A stretch of DNA of 64,000 nucleotides, from the NCBI RefSeq assembly GCF_009914755.1, contig NC_060932.1, one strand, 5' to 3'. The DNA comes from the human T2T-CHM13v2.0 reference genome, Homo sapiens. A program made the translations under genes and the position numbers. Below, piece by piece: positions 17,556 to 35,869 of this stretch. Within the stretch, counting starts at the first letter, position 1. Every line of letters starts with the position of its first letter. The notes beneath the pieces were generated by a model that was given only the letters and a program-made list of their open reading frames with translations, was not told the DNA's origin and did no database searches.

Positions 17556-18949
17556 TTTCTAAATAGTAATTTGTATTTAGGCAACACTTGAATTATTCAG
17601 AAGTTAAAGATTAAGTATGGATATTATCCAAACCCTTTACCTTTCTCCTCGATTTGTTCCAATTTGGAAAATCAGTGCTTACAGCATATTTTAAAAAGAG
17701 TGCACAGAGGAAAGAAAAAAGCACAGTGCTTCACAGAGAGAATGTGCTTGATTAACTTTGGCAAATGAATGAAAGAAATTTATGCATTTATTCCTAGTTC
17801 CTACCACTACTCTGACTTGTCGAGTCCTTCTGGGGGACTTTCAGACCAGTGATATTCATCTTATGGGTGAAACACCCTCAGGGGAGCTATGAAGTATTCA
17901 AAAAGTATGCCTGTCTGTACTTGCATGCTGGACTATTCCACATGCACGCACTAAAGCATAACCACTACCACACGGGGATCCACAGATTCTTCATGGTAAA
18001 AAGCAGTTTCATGTTCTGCTCTTTAATTTCAAGAATCACTGACTTAAGAGAAAGAAACAGCTGTTTTTGTCACTTCCATGCTGACCCTACAGTGTTTTCA
18101 ATGGTCTGGGCATTTCTACGTCATTTATGCTATGGATGTTTATTTGGAGGTTCACTTTAGGGAATTTCATACTTACCTCAATACCCCTGACCTCAGAGTG
18201 ATTCCCACATTGTAGTTCCCTGTCCCCTTCATGCAGCACATAACTGCGGGGGGATGGACCTGACCCTGGGAGGGAGGCAGGTCACACTTGGCTGCCTGCC
18301 TATCGGATCAGCTGAATCCACTCTGGAGACCTTGCAGCTGACACAGTACCAGCCAGGCTGCCTGCACTTCCCCATCACTTCCAACAGTCTATCAAGATCA
18401 TTTTGCAACTGCATTTGACATAATCCCTTGTATATCTTGAGTGTTGGCTCACAGAAAAAATCAGAACGATTCAAAACTGGGAAGAGTCAAAGGAATTCTA
18501 GTTGGGTCTGCAGCTGAAACTGAAAAACCAAAGAAGGCATGTGTATGAAGGAAGCAAGCTGGGTAAAGGAAGAACAACAAAGGGAAGCAAGACCTTACTT
18601 GCACCTGATATAAACAGGAGTCTAAGTTTACATAGGCAGAGCTGGCTGCTGCTAGAGTTACTCAGCTCAATTACCCATCCAGAGCACTCATGCAGATGCC
18701 TGTAGGCATGTATATGACATATATGTGGATGCGAGTCTCCACTAACAAGCGAAACATCCCTGTGTTTATGAGTATGGAAAATGGCCCCATCAGAGAGAAG
18801 GGAAAGTGAAAAGTTTTTTTTAAGTTAGTGGATTTCAGGAGTTAATGTGCTTGTTGTTTCAGTATAGGTTGGAGAAAACAATTTCTAAATAGAAATAGTC
18901 ATCTATAATACCACATCATAGTATTTATACAATGGTGTTTTTCCCTTCA

Positions 18950-19290
18950 TAAATGCAAGTGCTTTTAAGTATACATTATTGCTCATCATCACAACATTCC
19001 CGTGAAGAAAAGAGGCTGTTTCACCAACTGATCTGAGGCTTAGAGGTGAACTGACTGTTCTGGGGGTCAGGGAACAAGGGATAGGTTACTGATACTTAGA
19101 TCCCAGTTTGGAGCTAGGAACTAAATTAGACATTTCACATATATAAATTCCTTTAGTCCCTATAAGAACCTCATGAGGTGGTTGGCATTATACTTTCATA
19201 GATTGAATAAAATTGCCCAAATTACTGAGCTAGTAATGGTAGAATCAGACTACATTTGTCTTATTTTAGAGCCATATTCTTTTAGCTATG
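18950..19290 (-). mobile_element. MIR fragments
   Basis: Reverse MIR words (ctgaggcttagaggtgaactgact; ttgcccaaaattactgagctagtaatggtaga). Confidence 0.6.
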
Positions 19291-20107
19291 TCATGTTCTT
19301 ATTTGCCAATTCTAATTGACTGAAGCCTCTTGCTTGGAGGGATGTGTGGAAGGAATCAAAGCCCACGCCCAGTTATTCTAGCTGATGCTAGTGGGATGGG
19401 AGGATTGGCATCTCACATAGAACCTAACCCTCATTGTAGAATGAGTGAATGTGGACTAGGCCTCATTTCTAAGGGACTAAAGGAAGGATTTCCATTACAC
19501 AAGGGTCTATATTTTGAGGGACCTACAGAAAGACTCAATACAAAGGCAGCTCCTAACGACTGCATTTTGATAATAATTTTCCATCCTTTCCTTTTTCTGC
19601 TGCAAGTAAACTAGCCATGACTAATTTTCTCATTTCTCCCTGACACTTCCCTCCTTCTTTCTTCAGTAGAAGGGTTTCCTTCCTTAAAATGACATCTTCC
19701 TTTTATTTTAAAGGTGATTATTAATGAAACATGGAATGCAGCAGAAATACATTCCCAATGTGCATGGTCAATCCACGTATGACCAGCAGAGTGGTAGAAT
19801 ATAGACAAGGTCATGACAGCTCTGACCACGACAGACAGCCGAATGCAGCATCAGTGGTGCTTGTATGAAAAGGATAAAAAGATTTAACCAGAATTATACT
19901 ACACCACGGTTCATGTTTTAATTTGGGGAATGACAAATATTCCTCAGTTTGCTGCTTTTACATATGTATTTAAATTTTCAGTTTTCAGGACCGAATTGAC
20001 ATATTTAAAATCCTTGATTTTTATATATTAAAAAAGAATCCTTTCATTTTCTTTTGCCAATTACAGCTATCATGTACGTATCTGTACCTTTCTCTACCAG
20101 GTTTTCA

Positions 20108-20305
<198 letters not shown>

Positions 20306-20463
20306 CTAGACATAATTAAGAAAACAGGTGCTGAGAAAAATACTTAAAAGGTTATTCGCATGCATTTTAATAGCTCAATCAATGAAAGAGTCATACCACT
20401 GAGGGGAGAGTTCTCCTGTGAATAGACAAGCCCAGGGAGTGAAAAAGAGCACTGGATTAGTAG

Positions 20464-20818
<355 letters not shown>

Positions 20819-21086
20819 TTTTTGCCTTCTCTTGGCCCCATTTCTTTATAGGCAAAATTGAATGGGCTGGACTAGACTAGTGATTTTTCACAATTTATTT
20901 GGAAGAAGGAATCTTTATTTATGTGAAATCTCTACAAAATCTAGATGTGAAAATGAAATCTAATTGTTGGTGCTCTGATTGGGGAAAGAGTGAAGGCCTC
21001 TTTTGCATCTCTGGAATCACTCAGCTGATTGCCTGTCCAGCTTCTTTCCTGTCCTGGAAGTTTGTGACTCTGTTTTCTATGATTTA

Positions 21087-21236
<150 letters not shown>

Positions 21237-22694
21237 CTAAAAGACAAAGGTGAGATTTTTCTTTTAAATTGGTCCCCAAAAGAGGAAAAAAGAGTGTGAG
21301 ATATCCTTTCTATCCATGAGAACTACCAAATACGGTGGTTTAAAAAGTCATAAACTAACATGAAGTTTAGTCTTCGACATTGTAAATTCTGTTAAGACTT
21401 CTGTCTGAATTAAACTCTTTATTATCAATAATCTTTTAGCAGAGCTGTTAAAAGAGATCAGTTGGGCAGCCTCTTAATCGTAATTAAGATCTGGCTACAG
21501 TTTTAGGCTGATTAAGAAAGCAGCAACATAGATAGGATTTGTATAACCACCTGTTTTTAGATTCCATTCAATTGTGGACAAAATAACTGCCTAAATCTAT
21601 TTGATAGCTTTACACAATAGATCATAGCACAGACCAGCTGCATGTCACTTAATTGTCTAATTAGTAGCAGCCTCAAACCTTGGAACCTACTGCATTGAGA
21701 CTCTATTCTTTTCTCCTTACTTTTCTGTAAAAAGTTTATGATATTATGATATTATGAACAAAAACTCCCTTTTTATTACTTCCTGATCCCATTTTCTTTC
21801 CCTCCACCAAGGTAATCCCTATCCTAAGTTTGACATTATCTTTTCCATGCATGATTGTATGTATTGCTACATATATATGTAGCATGAGAACAATGTATGA
21901 TATTGTGTGTATGCGTTAACATTATATGTAAGTGAGATATGTTAATTTGTGATCTGCTTTCCTCCCAATATATTTTTGATGTTTATTAAGTTGAGGATTT
22001 ATTCATCTTGACTGCTAAATGGTATTCCATTATAGGTAAATACACAAGTTATTTTGTTGATGGACAGTTAGATCGAGTTTGGTATTTCACTGTTACAATA
22101 TTGCAATAAATATGCTTGCACATTTCTCCTAGACATATGAGAATTTGTTTATAACATATAGCCAGGAATGGATTTGTTGGGTCATGGATTTACATGTTTT
22201 TAATTATGCTAAATGTTGCCATATTTTATTAAATCAGTAAACACTCCTATCTGCAGTGAGTGCACAGGTTACCTATGCCAAAGAACAAGTTTCCATTTGT
22301 GGATGGAATTGCATTAATGCACTCTGGTCTATAACAATTCACCAAACTCACACCATGGTTTATATAGAATCTGATGAGTCTGGTAGGATGTGTCTCCCCA
22401 TGTTTTTTGAGTTTAAAATTATCGTGACTATTTTTGACCCTTCCCTGTTCACATAAATTTTGAAATCAAGGTTGAACACATTAAGGAGGTTCTGTTTTAT
22501 ACTTAGGTTGTTTTTGTCACTAATGTTTGTTGAATTTTAGCAAATGATTTTTCTTCCTGTATTGTCATAATCATTTGGTGGTTATGATGTGTCAAATAAT
22601 TTTCTGTTGTTAAACCATCCTTGTATTCCTGGGATAAGCCCATTTGGTTATGATGTGTATTTTTAATATGTTGGTTGGATTCAGGTTGCTAACG

Positions 22695-23007
22695 CAGTCA
22701 TACACTATATAACTATGTTTTGGTCAACAATGGATTGCATATGCCACTGTGGTTCCACAAGATTATAATGGAACATGTAGAGAAATCTGCTATGTGACAC
22801 TTGATATTTGCATTGCAGATCAATAGGGAAAATGGCTGAAATTCAGCAGTGATGCTGGGGCATTTAGTTTTCCACATGAAAAAATATACATAAATAAAAT
22901 ACCATCTAGGTCTGCCTAAATACACTCTATGATGTTCACACAATGATGAAATCGCTTAATGACACATTTCCCAGAACATATCCTCGTTTTCAAGCAATGC
23001 ATGACTG
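22695..23007 (+). mobile_element. Tigger3/GOLEM-family non-autonomous DNA transposon
   Basis: Termini CAGTCATAC... and ...GCATGACTG followed by TA; internal ggtcaacaatggattgcatat..ccacaagattataatgg. Confidence 0.85.
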
Positions 23008-23310
23008 TATTAATATCCACATTTCCACATGAGCTAAGTGTATGATTTTCTTTCGTATTTTGTCCTTGTCTGGTTTTGCTACAAGGGTTATATTACCCTA
23101 TTGTGATTTGGGGGTATCTAAAAATTATATTTGTAGAATATTTTTTAATATATTTGAATTATTAGTTCCCTGAATGGTAGAACTCAGCTCTGAGATCATT
23201 TAGGCCTAGAGCAGAAGTTAATGAAATATAAAACAAAGATACACTAAGAAAGATATATCCTTGTTTTCTATTTTATTGACTTCTGCTCTTTAACATTTTG
23301 TTGTTGTTGA

Positions 23311-25691
<2,381 letters not shown>

Positions 25692-28175
25692 TGTCATTTA
25701 CATTTCTGTTCCTTTTCTAATTTCTTGTGAGTGGAAAGATTGGCTCACTAACTTGGAGACTTTATTCGTTTCTCATATATTGATTTAAAATTATAAATTT
25801 CCCTTTAATACTACCTTAGTTGCATTCTATATGTCTATCAAGATGAAATCACCTACGATACATAGTAGTTTTGTTATCATTCAGTTCTAAATACTGAATT
25901 TCCTTGATTTAAATTTTACGTATAAATGTTTTTTTCTAAATATGTGTTAATCATTTTTTTTTAAAATAAATGATTTCTGACACTGTATTACAGTTAGAGA
26001 ATGTGATATTTTTAACAGATTATTTGGTATTTGTTGATACTTGCTTTGTGGACTAGAATATAATCAATTGTTGTGAATGTTCCAATTGTGCTTAAAAAAT
26101 ATACATTCTCTAATTATTGGGTAAAGATACTATATGTGTTCATTGGATTATGTTATTATTGTTTGTATTACCTATATTCTTACTAAAAATTTGTCTGCTA
26201 TTTTAACCACTGAGAATTGTGTTAAAACCTCATATTGTTATTTTGGCCTTATTGGTTTCTCTTACATGCTGTCAATTTTTGTTTTATATATTTTGAGGCC
26301 ATTAACATCATTTAAAATTTTTTCATTTCTAAATAATATATTAATCAAAGAAGCTGTTCTCTAGTATTCTATTCTGGAAACAGTTTAATTTCCAAGACTT
26401 GTCAGAACGTGTTCTTCCTCTGACAAACAAGCAGGGTGTCATTGTATTGCATATGCTGTATTTGTGATTTTTGTAACTTTCTAAGAATTTCAGCTATTCT
26501 CCATCTGGTCACACAAAGCAAGAATCATCACGACGTGATGACTGTTAAATACTGAACAGGACATTTAGGAGAATTCCTTGCTTGAGTGCCTTAAATAATA
26601 GGACACAGATCATTTGTCTTTTATGGTTTAGGTAGGGGTTTCTAAAAGAAACGTAACCATGTGTCTTTCTATTTCCTGTTATTCTAACATATGATAAACA
26701 TGAAGAACACAGGGGTGTGCTTTTCTTCTAATGTGTAGAACTATTTTTAGCAATCGATACATACCCTCCATACACACTGAAAAGGAGATGCCCAATAATC
26801 AAGTTGCATCTGGACCTACAAAGTTTAATTTCTTTATTACTATTGTTGCTTATGAGGAAGACTTAAGTAGTCGGGATCTGAAAGCCAGTTGCAAAACAAT
26901 GCACCACACGCCTCAGTGTGGCGGTCCCTAGGTACTGCATCACCTCACTTAAATTTATTTTAAAGAGGCTTCACCAAAGCAATTTTTTCAATTAAAAGAT
27001 ACTAAGGAAAGTTTTTAGTATTATCTTCTCCCAGGCAAATGATAAGTTTGGAACTGATTGGGGCATTTCTGAAGTTAATTAAGAAAGACATAGAATGAAT
27101 CTATTTGGTATTCACCATCTGCCAAGACTATTTTGGCCTCTACATACTTATGTACATGTTATAGATCAGAATTCACCAAATAAACTTTGGTTAAAATCAA
27201 AGACAAATTTTGCCATGACTAATGCCTTTGTGTGGCATGACAAAGTGAGGTAAAGGGTTTCCCTCCTTTTCAATGCTTTCGGATTTACGTGGTTGGATGT
27301 TGCTTTCTTAGAGTTCATGACAGCATGGAATATGGAGATCACTTTTTTGAGGATTGGTGTTAATGGCTTTTAAAAAGGTAGCTTTAAAACTTTCTTCTAT
27401 TTTTACTTTAGAATCACTGCAGAGGACCTAAAAATAACCACACATCCAATGCAGGACACACTGGCAGAACGAAGCCTGTTACAGCTAAGGCCAAAGAAAG
27501 GGGCACAGTCACCATCAAGCTGAAGACCAGCCTCAACTGGACGGGACAGGAATATCACTTAGGACTGGTAAACACTGCGGCACCAAAATGGGTGCATCTC
27601 AACACAAAGGAGGTATTTTAAATTCAATACCAGAAGAATCAATTGGAGTCGGGGAGAGTTTACAGGGAAGTTTTTTTTTTTTTTTTTTTCAAAGGGGAGC
27701 TTAATCTATAAAGATAGCTGACATCACACTACAAGATGCTCATTAAATACAAAATGGTCAATCAAATAACAGTTTGAAAGTAACGAGAAGAAAAGGCTTC
27801 ATAAATGAAGGGTGAAAAACTGAAAATGATCTCCTCATCTTGTATATTCTAGTTATTTTTATACTTAGTTATACTTAGAACCACCCAGAGTGACTAATCT
27901 AACAGGGCAGGTGAAGACTAGAAAATGTTGCCAATTAATCTACATTTTCTAATAAGAAACATAAATATTTGAAATGTTTTGTGTCACCAGGAAGAATATA
28001 CTACTAGATACATGTCTATTCTTTTTCCTAAGTAATGCCATTTCACATTTCACACAGAGATAGCCTAACAACAGTGATTCATTGGTTGTATTTGCTCATG
28101 AGAAGAAGCCAGGACAACTTTGGTATTGTGAAGATCTAATCTGTAAGGATATTTTACCTACCAAAAAAGAAAGTA

Positions 28176-29191
28176 CAGATGTCTTCACTTTGCATGGCTC
28201 TTATATACACAAATTTGTTACTGCACTTTAGTTAAATAACACCAGTCCTCCCACAGAAGTGTGAATTTTGGTTACCACTGCTACAAATCACTATATAAAT
28301 AAAAATGAGCATCAAGACCTGTGATCGATTCTACTATTTCTTTAAAAGTCTGTCAGTGGTTGGTTGGTTACTACTGTGCATCTCATAATCAGTTTACACA
28401 CAGACAGCAAAGTGTGTAGTTGTGTTGTGTCCTTGTTTCCCGGTGATAAATCTACAAGGTAATTTACAATAATGGATGGTGGAAAGAGGAAATTGTCCAA
28501 CTAAGGTGAAAGTGTGGCAAAGAAATGAAAAGTGCTAATGCTGGAGGTGAGATCTGAACCCAAATATAAATGGAGCTTAGAACAAATAGCTGACTAGGAA
28601 TGTTGACACTGCAGCATTCAGCTCTAAATATGCAGCCACAGGAATACAGTGAGGACCAACTTACCAATACAGATGAGGCAAGTGGTTGGGATGAAAAGGA
28701 TGATGATATTCCAGAAGAAGTGACCTGGCAACACTTCACATTAAAGTAAGATATTTAGTGACATTGAAAGTACAAAGGAAAAAAAAATATTGGAAGCTGA
28801 TTCAGTGAAGAGACAAGTATGGCAATCTGCCAAGGCAAATTTTTTATGAAAGATGCTTATTTCATATTGTAAGCTATACAGAGAGAAGATAATGAGCACA
28901 ATCCAAACTACCCTTTATAAGGTTTTTTTTTTACAAAGAAATAAGACATTTTAATTCACAGTATTTCTCATGATTTAAAATGTAGCATACTAAATATTAG
29001 TTTTACTACTTAAAATCATTTCCCAATACATGTATAACAAAGTAAGAGAGTTTTTAATATTATGACAAAAGCTCTTAGGATCACGGAACAAACAATTTCT
29101 CTCATTGATTATGAAGATTGCTCTGTCCTGCTTCAGCTTGCGTCGCCACTTTTATAGTCTGGTGCTACTGGTGGAAAGCAAGCATTGTCTG
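28176..29191 (+). mobile_element. Tigger-family DNA transposon remnant (Tigger13a-like)
   Basis: Degenerate terminal inverted repeats TA|CAGATGTCTTCACTTTGCA ... GGAAAGCAAGCATTGTCTG; internal acidic stretch gatgaaaaggatgatgatattccagaagaagtg is typical of Tiggers. Confidence 0.75.
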
Positions 29192-30469
29192 TCTACACAA
29201 TGGCCAGAACACTCACTATTATTAGGTAGCGGAGTACAACTAATGCAATGGATTTCAGTTTAGTCAAACTGAAACTAAACAAATATTGAATCAAAACTCT
29301 GCTATGTTCAAGGCATTATAAATTGGATAGAAGGGAGAAAGAGATAGGCTGGAAGATGTGAAGAATGAAGGAGATTGGGGAGAGTGAGCATGGGAGAACA
29401 TAGGGAACTAACGGTACTGAAGGCCAGGAAAAAGCAAACCAAAATATCATAATTACTCAGAATGGCAGTGAACCAAAGTCAGACAATTTAAAAAATGAAG
29501 ATCATTTTCATATGATGAGCTGTTTTCCATTAGGTAATTAAGAACAAAGACGTGTTTGCTTACTCAGCTGAACTCATTAGATACTTGATCTGGGCTTAGT
29601 AGCTGTCTCAATTATTTATTCCCTGTTTTTTGGCACATACATGCAATTTAAGTTCTCTTCTTAAAAATGTTTATTTTTAGTGATCTATTTCTTAACCAAG
29701 ACCTTGGTGTTTCATGCCAATATCTGAGGGCTTATATTTTACCTTTAATGAGCAGCAAGACATAATGAGACTGAAAGAAATGATTATCTAAAAGGACTAT
29801 TCCCTGGAGAGCTTTTGGATCCTGGGAGAAGAGCCTTCCCCTTCTGGAAAGACTTCCCAGTTGGAGGACTTCTCCTACAACCACAGCTCTAAGTCATTCT
29901 TAGAGCTCTGTCCTAAACAGAAAACCCACCATAGCCCTCACATATTACTACTTGCTCTGCCTGGAAAATAACCTGCTTCCCTGAAAGTCTCCTATTCTTA
30001 TTTTTATTTGAATCATCTACATAGTACATCTGAATCACATGCCAGATGTTGGCACTAGGACTAGCCATCACTGCAGTGCTGAGTGTAGATGGGTGGGAAT
30101 GTGCAATAGAGATGGTTTTCCAATAATCAAACTGGGCCTGGAAGGGTGAGGTTTCACATTACATAGACAGCAGACGAATATTGTGGCTCACTTGGAGAAC
30201 TAAGGATGTTTTATTGCTTTTCTTTTCTTTCTTTCTTTCTTTTTTTTTGTACTGCTGCCTTTCTGTAACAGGATCAGATTAGATCCACCTGTATATTATA
30301 CATCTTCAATGTCTAGGAGAACTTTCCATTTCAGGCCATTTTAGTCCCAAACATTTTTTTCACAAGCCCTTGCTTTATCTTTGGTCTGCCACTGAATTAA
30401 ATAGAATTCAACTGCTGATTCTAAAAACCTGTAGAAATATATGACTCAAGTGTAACTGAGTTTAGTTTT

Positions 30470-30720
30470 AAAAACATAGTCATTTTTGACATGTTTTATG
30501 TAGAAAATTTTGGGAAATTCAGAAAAGCATAAAGAAGAAAATAAAAATTACCCATGATCCTATCCTCTTAACATTTGGCATTTTTTCAGGTATATATCTA
30601 TATAACTCTCAGACACAGATTTTGCAAAATTGAATTATATTGTCCATGCTGGTTTTTTTTTTAAACATAGCAACATGTCATGAAGGGTTTTCTTCATCAT
30701 TAAATACTATACTAAAATAT
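30470..30720 (-). mobile_element. L1ME-like 3' end fragment
   Basis: gtagaaaattttgggaaattcagaaaagcataaagaagaaaataaaaattacccat. Confidence 0.65.
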
Positions 30721-31489
30721 TTTTATGTAGTCAGGGCTATCAGTCATTCCTTTACGCCTCTTTCTTTGCTTTTATGCTTGGAAATGTCTTCTTTACTTGG
30801 AAATCAAACAAATATTTCCCTGAGTTACTTTCTTAATATTATACAAATAATGACTCTGGTCAAATTCATCCCAGCGATGTAGAATTATTTGAGGAAAAAA
30901 ACTGGAGTGCTATGCGTAACTCTGGGCCAGCAAGCACCAGCCATGGCTTGAGATACTCAATCTGGGAGGTCAACAATCTCAAACTAGCAAAAGCGAACAA
31001 AGCCCAAATTGCCTCATTCAGTTGGAGGTTATTCTGAAAAATGAAGCAAATGCTATTCCATCTGCATTGGCAACAAAGAATTAAAGTGGCCTTTCCACAA
31101 TTAAAAAAACAAAAAGATGTAAAAATGAGCTGCCACTGAAAATTACTAGGCGATCCTAAATATAGCTATTACTTGCCCTAAATTTGTACCAGGACCTCAA
31201 TGGTGTACTTCTACGATCTTCCATCCCTTTGCTTGTCTCTTCTTATCAGCTTATGTAATACAGACAAGAAAAGTACTTACACACAACTTTGTTACAGCAG
31301 ACAAAATCACTGGAATTTATTCTTGGTTGTCTGCTGCCCAAATTAGGCCTGTGAATCAGGTATTCATTCATTTTGGCAGCTTGCTTGATCTTTCACCTCT
31401 TATCAAACAGCATTCATTCTTTTGGTCCATGAGAATCCATGAGTTGGATAACAGCAGAGTTTTTGATTTTCCCTCCCCATTATCCAGTA

Positions 31490-31925
31490 TCCACGGTGTC
31501 TTAACAGGGCCTGGCCTAGTGCATAGTAGTAAACACTTGATAATTACTTGCTGAATAAATTAATCATTTCACCAGCTTAGTGTAGTGTAGTGTTGGGTAC
31601 TTTCCTTCAGACTAATGGTCCTGCCAATGCTTCAAATGATGCTCCCCCAACTTCAATGACACCACAAATCTCTTGGGCATCTTATCTTTGATCCATCCTC
31701 CTCTTCCATTCCCATATCAAGCCAATCATCCATTCCTAAAGACTTTCTTTATCACTGCCTTCTTTTGTGTCTGTCTCTTCTCCCAAGTAGAACTGCAAAT
31801 GCATTGAGGAAAGGGTTAATGTTTTGTGCACTGTAGGACAGTACTTGTGCCATTACAGGACTTAGCATGCTGCCTTCATATAAAAAGAAGTGCTCAATAA
31901 GCATTTGATAGTATGAATGAATATC
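31490..31925 (+). mobile_element. L2 3' fragments
   Basis: cctggcctagtgcatagtagtaaacacttgataattacttgctgaataaat; gtgctcaataagcatttgatagtatgaatgaa. Confidence 0.65.
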
Positions 31926-32126
31926 TGCTTTGAAATTTTTTTATATGTTTTTTTCACTTTCCATTCCTACATCCACTCTTCCTGTCTATGTGTAGATTCC
32001 TGCCCTATAAATTTCTAGTTAGTAGCCCTCACTCTGGGTTCTTTCTCCTTCCTTTCATCCATATATCATTGCCTTTCATCTTTAAGCTCTCTGACAATGG
32101 GATGTGTTTTTTGCTCCTTATCAGTG

Positions 32127-32298
32127 TTTTCTTTTTCTTTTTCTCTTTTTTTGAGACAAGATCTCACTCTGTCACCCAGGCTGGAGTGCAGAGGTGTGAT
32201 CACAGCTCATTGCAGCCTTGACCTCCTGGGCTCAAGCGATCCTTCCACCTTGGCCTCCCAAAATGCTGGAATTATAGGTGTCAGCCACTGCACCTGGC
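32127..32298 (-). mobile_element. Alu monomer (FRAM/FAM-like or recombined AluJ)
   Basis: Single reverse Alu arm with T-tail. Confidence 0.85.
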
Positions 32299-32839
32299 AA
32301 GTGTCTTCTCATTTTACTTCATTGGACCAAACTCTGCCTGGCTTCCAAGGCTTACTATAATTTTTCAAGCAGCATTATATGGCATTAGAGTTTACTCACA
32401 TAGACTGTACGTTGCTGCCTCACTAAATCTACAACGCCCACATATCATGCTCATTCTCAACATTAATCTTTTCTCTTTCTTGGAATACTTTCATTTCCCT
32501 GATCAAATTCCAACTTCTCAGTCAAGGCTGGAGAATCATTTTCTCCACAAAGCTTCCCCAAACCTTGTCTTTTTAAAGTCTTAATGGATTTTTCTAATTC
32601 CTTAATTCCTTCAGGTACTATAATCAGTACACTTAGGCCTCCAAAGACACACTATTTTATGTTGTTTCCCGCACATAAATATTCCTCCTCAAATAGAATG
32701 CAGACCCCTTAGTGCAGTTACCATGATTTACACTTCTGTTGATGCCCATAATATAAGCAGAATGCTAAAAATGTGGTGATCAACATAATTTGTTGAACTG
32801 ATTAATATAAATATCTTCTGAGGGAATGCTATTTAACCC

Positions 32840-34544
<1,705 letters not shown>

Positions 34545-34689
34545 TAGATATCTGTTCACGTTTGCAGAAAGATAACTTCCAAGTTCTGTATGTGTATCTC
34601 TGCTTATTTCTCCTTATGTATTTATTCTAGTTTTCTTTCTTTGATGAATTTAGTGTCTGTGTCATCCCTCTTGGCCCATGACAAATTTA

Positions 34690-35008
<319 letters not shown>

Positions 35009-35869
35009 ATTAACGCCAAAAGGGAATATTTCTTAAAACTCCTTTTTAATTTTGTGATGAAGGGAGCATCTGTAGTATACATTTCAACAGTAAGTCCAGC
35101 ATGTCTGTGTTCATCTTTTTCCTCTCCCCTCAAAGTCCCATGGCACCATAAATATCATATGATATTGGTAATGGTTTTGCTAACCTGGTATAAGCAAGCA
35201 TTCAACAAGAGAAAGATTTTGCAATCTAAGCGTACCAACCATTTGTCTTCTTAATTCTACTTACATGATTAAAAAAATTTGTGCTATGTGAATATTAGGA
35301 AAGAAAGAGAGGTAGCATGTACTGCAAACAGAAAGGTGATGGCTCTACGTTTTCCAAGAGAATTAAATGACTATCAACTTAAAAGACTAAAACCCATAAG
35401 TTTTGTGGTATATCTGGCATTTAAAAAATGTCAACTAGGAACTATCAATTATTTGTTGAGATAATGAATTCATTTTTGCAATTTTCAAAATAATAAAATA
35501 ATGAAGCCCAATTTACCAGTCATTTAATTCTGGTAGTTTGCTTCTGTATCACTGTTTTCTGAGCTTTGTGTTTTCAAAATAGACATCCACAGATCACTCT
35601 ACTAAATTGGAATGGAGGCAGAAGTGGAAGTGGCTCTCCGGGCATGGCATGGGACGGTAATGCTGGCCAAAGAAGAGATGAACTTACAGAGCCAGAGCCC
35701 CCCTTGATACTTCTGGTTTCTGTGGCAGAGAGAGTCAGGGCCAGCTGATGAGGATTACACAGTAGGGAAGAGAGAGCAGAGATGAAATTGACTGTTTCTC
35801 TAGGCAAGAGAAGCACCTGGTTCCAAAGAATGGAAACCAGGGATATGCAGCCTGGCTATTATTTTTATA

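Noticed and set aside
18169-18178. ATACTTACCT, identical to the first 10 nt of U1 snRNA
   Set aside because: Similarity stops after 10 nt, so this is not a U1 pseudogene; it is better explained as a minus-strand splice donor.
18200-18222. ZNF143/THAP11-like ACTACAA motif on the minus strand
   Set aside because: It lacks the following TTCCCA core and there is no CpG-island promoter context.
26524-26540. Short inverted repeat TCATCACG-A-CGTGATGA
   Set aside because: 8-bp arms are expected occasionally in 64 kb, and there is no supporting context.
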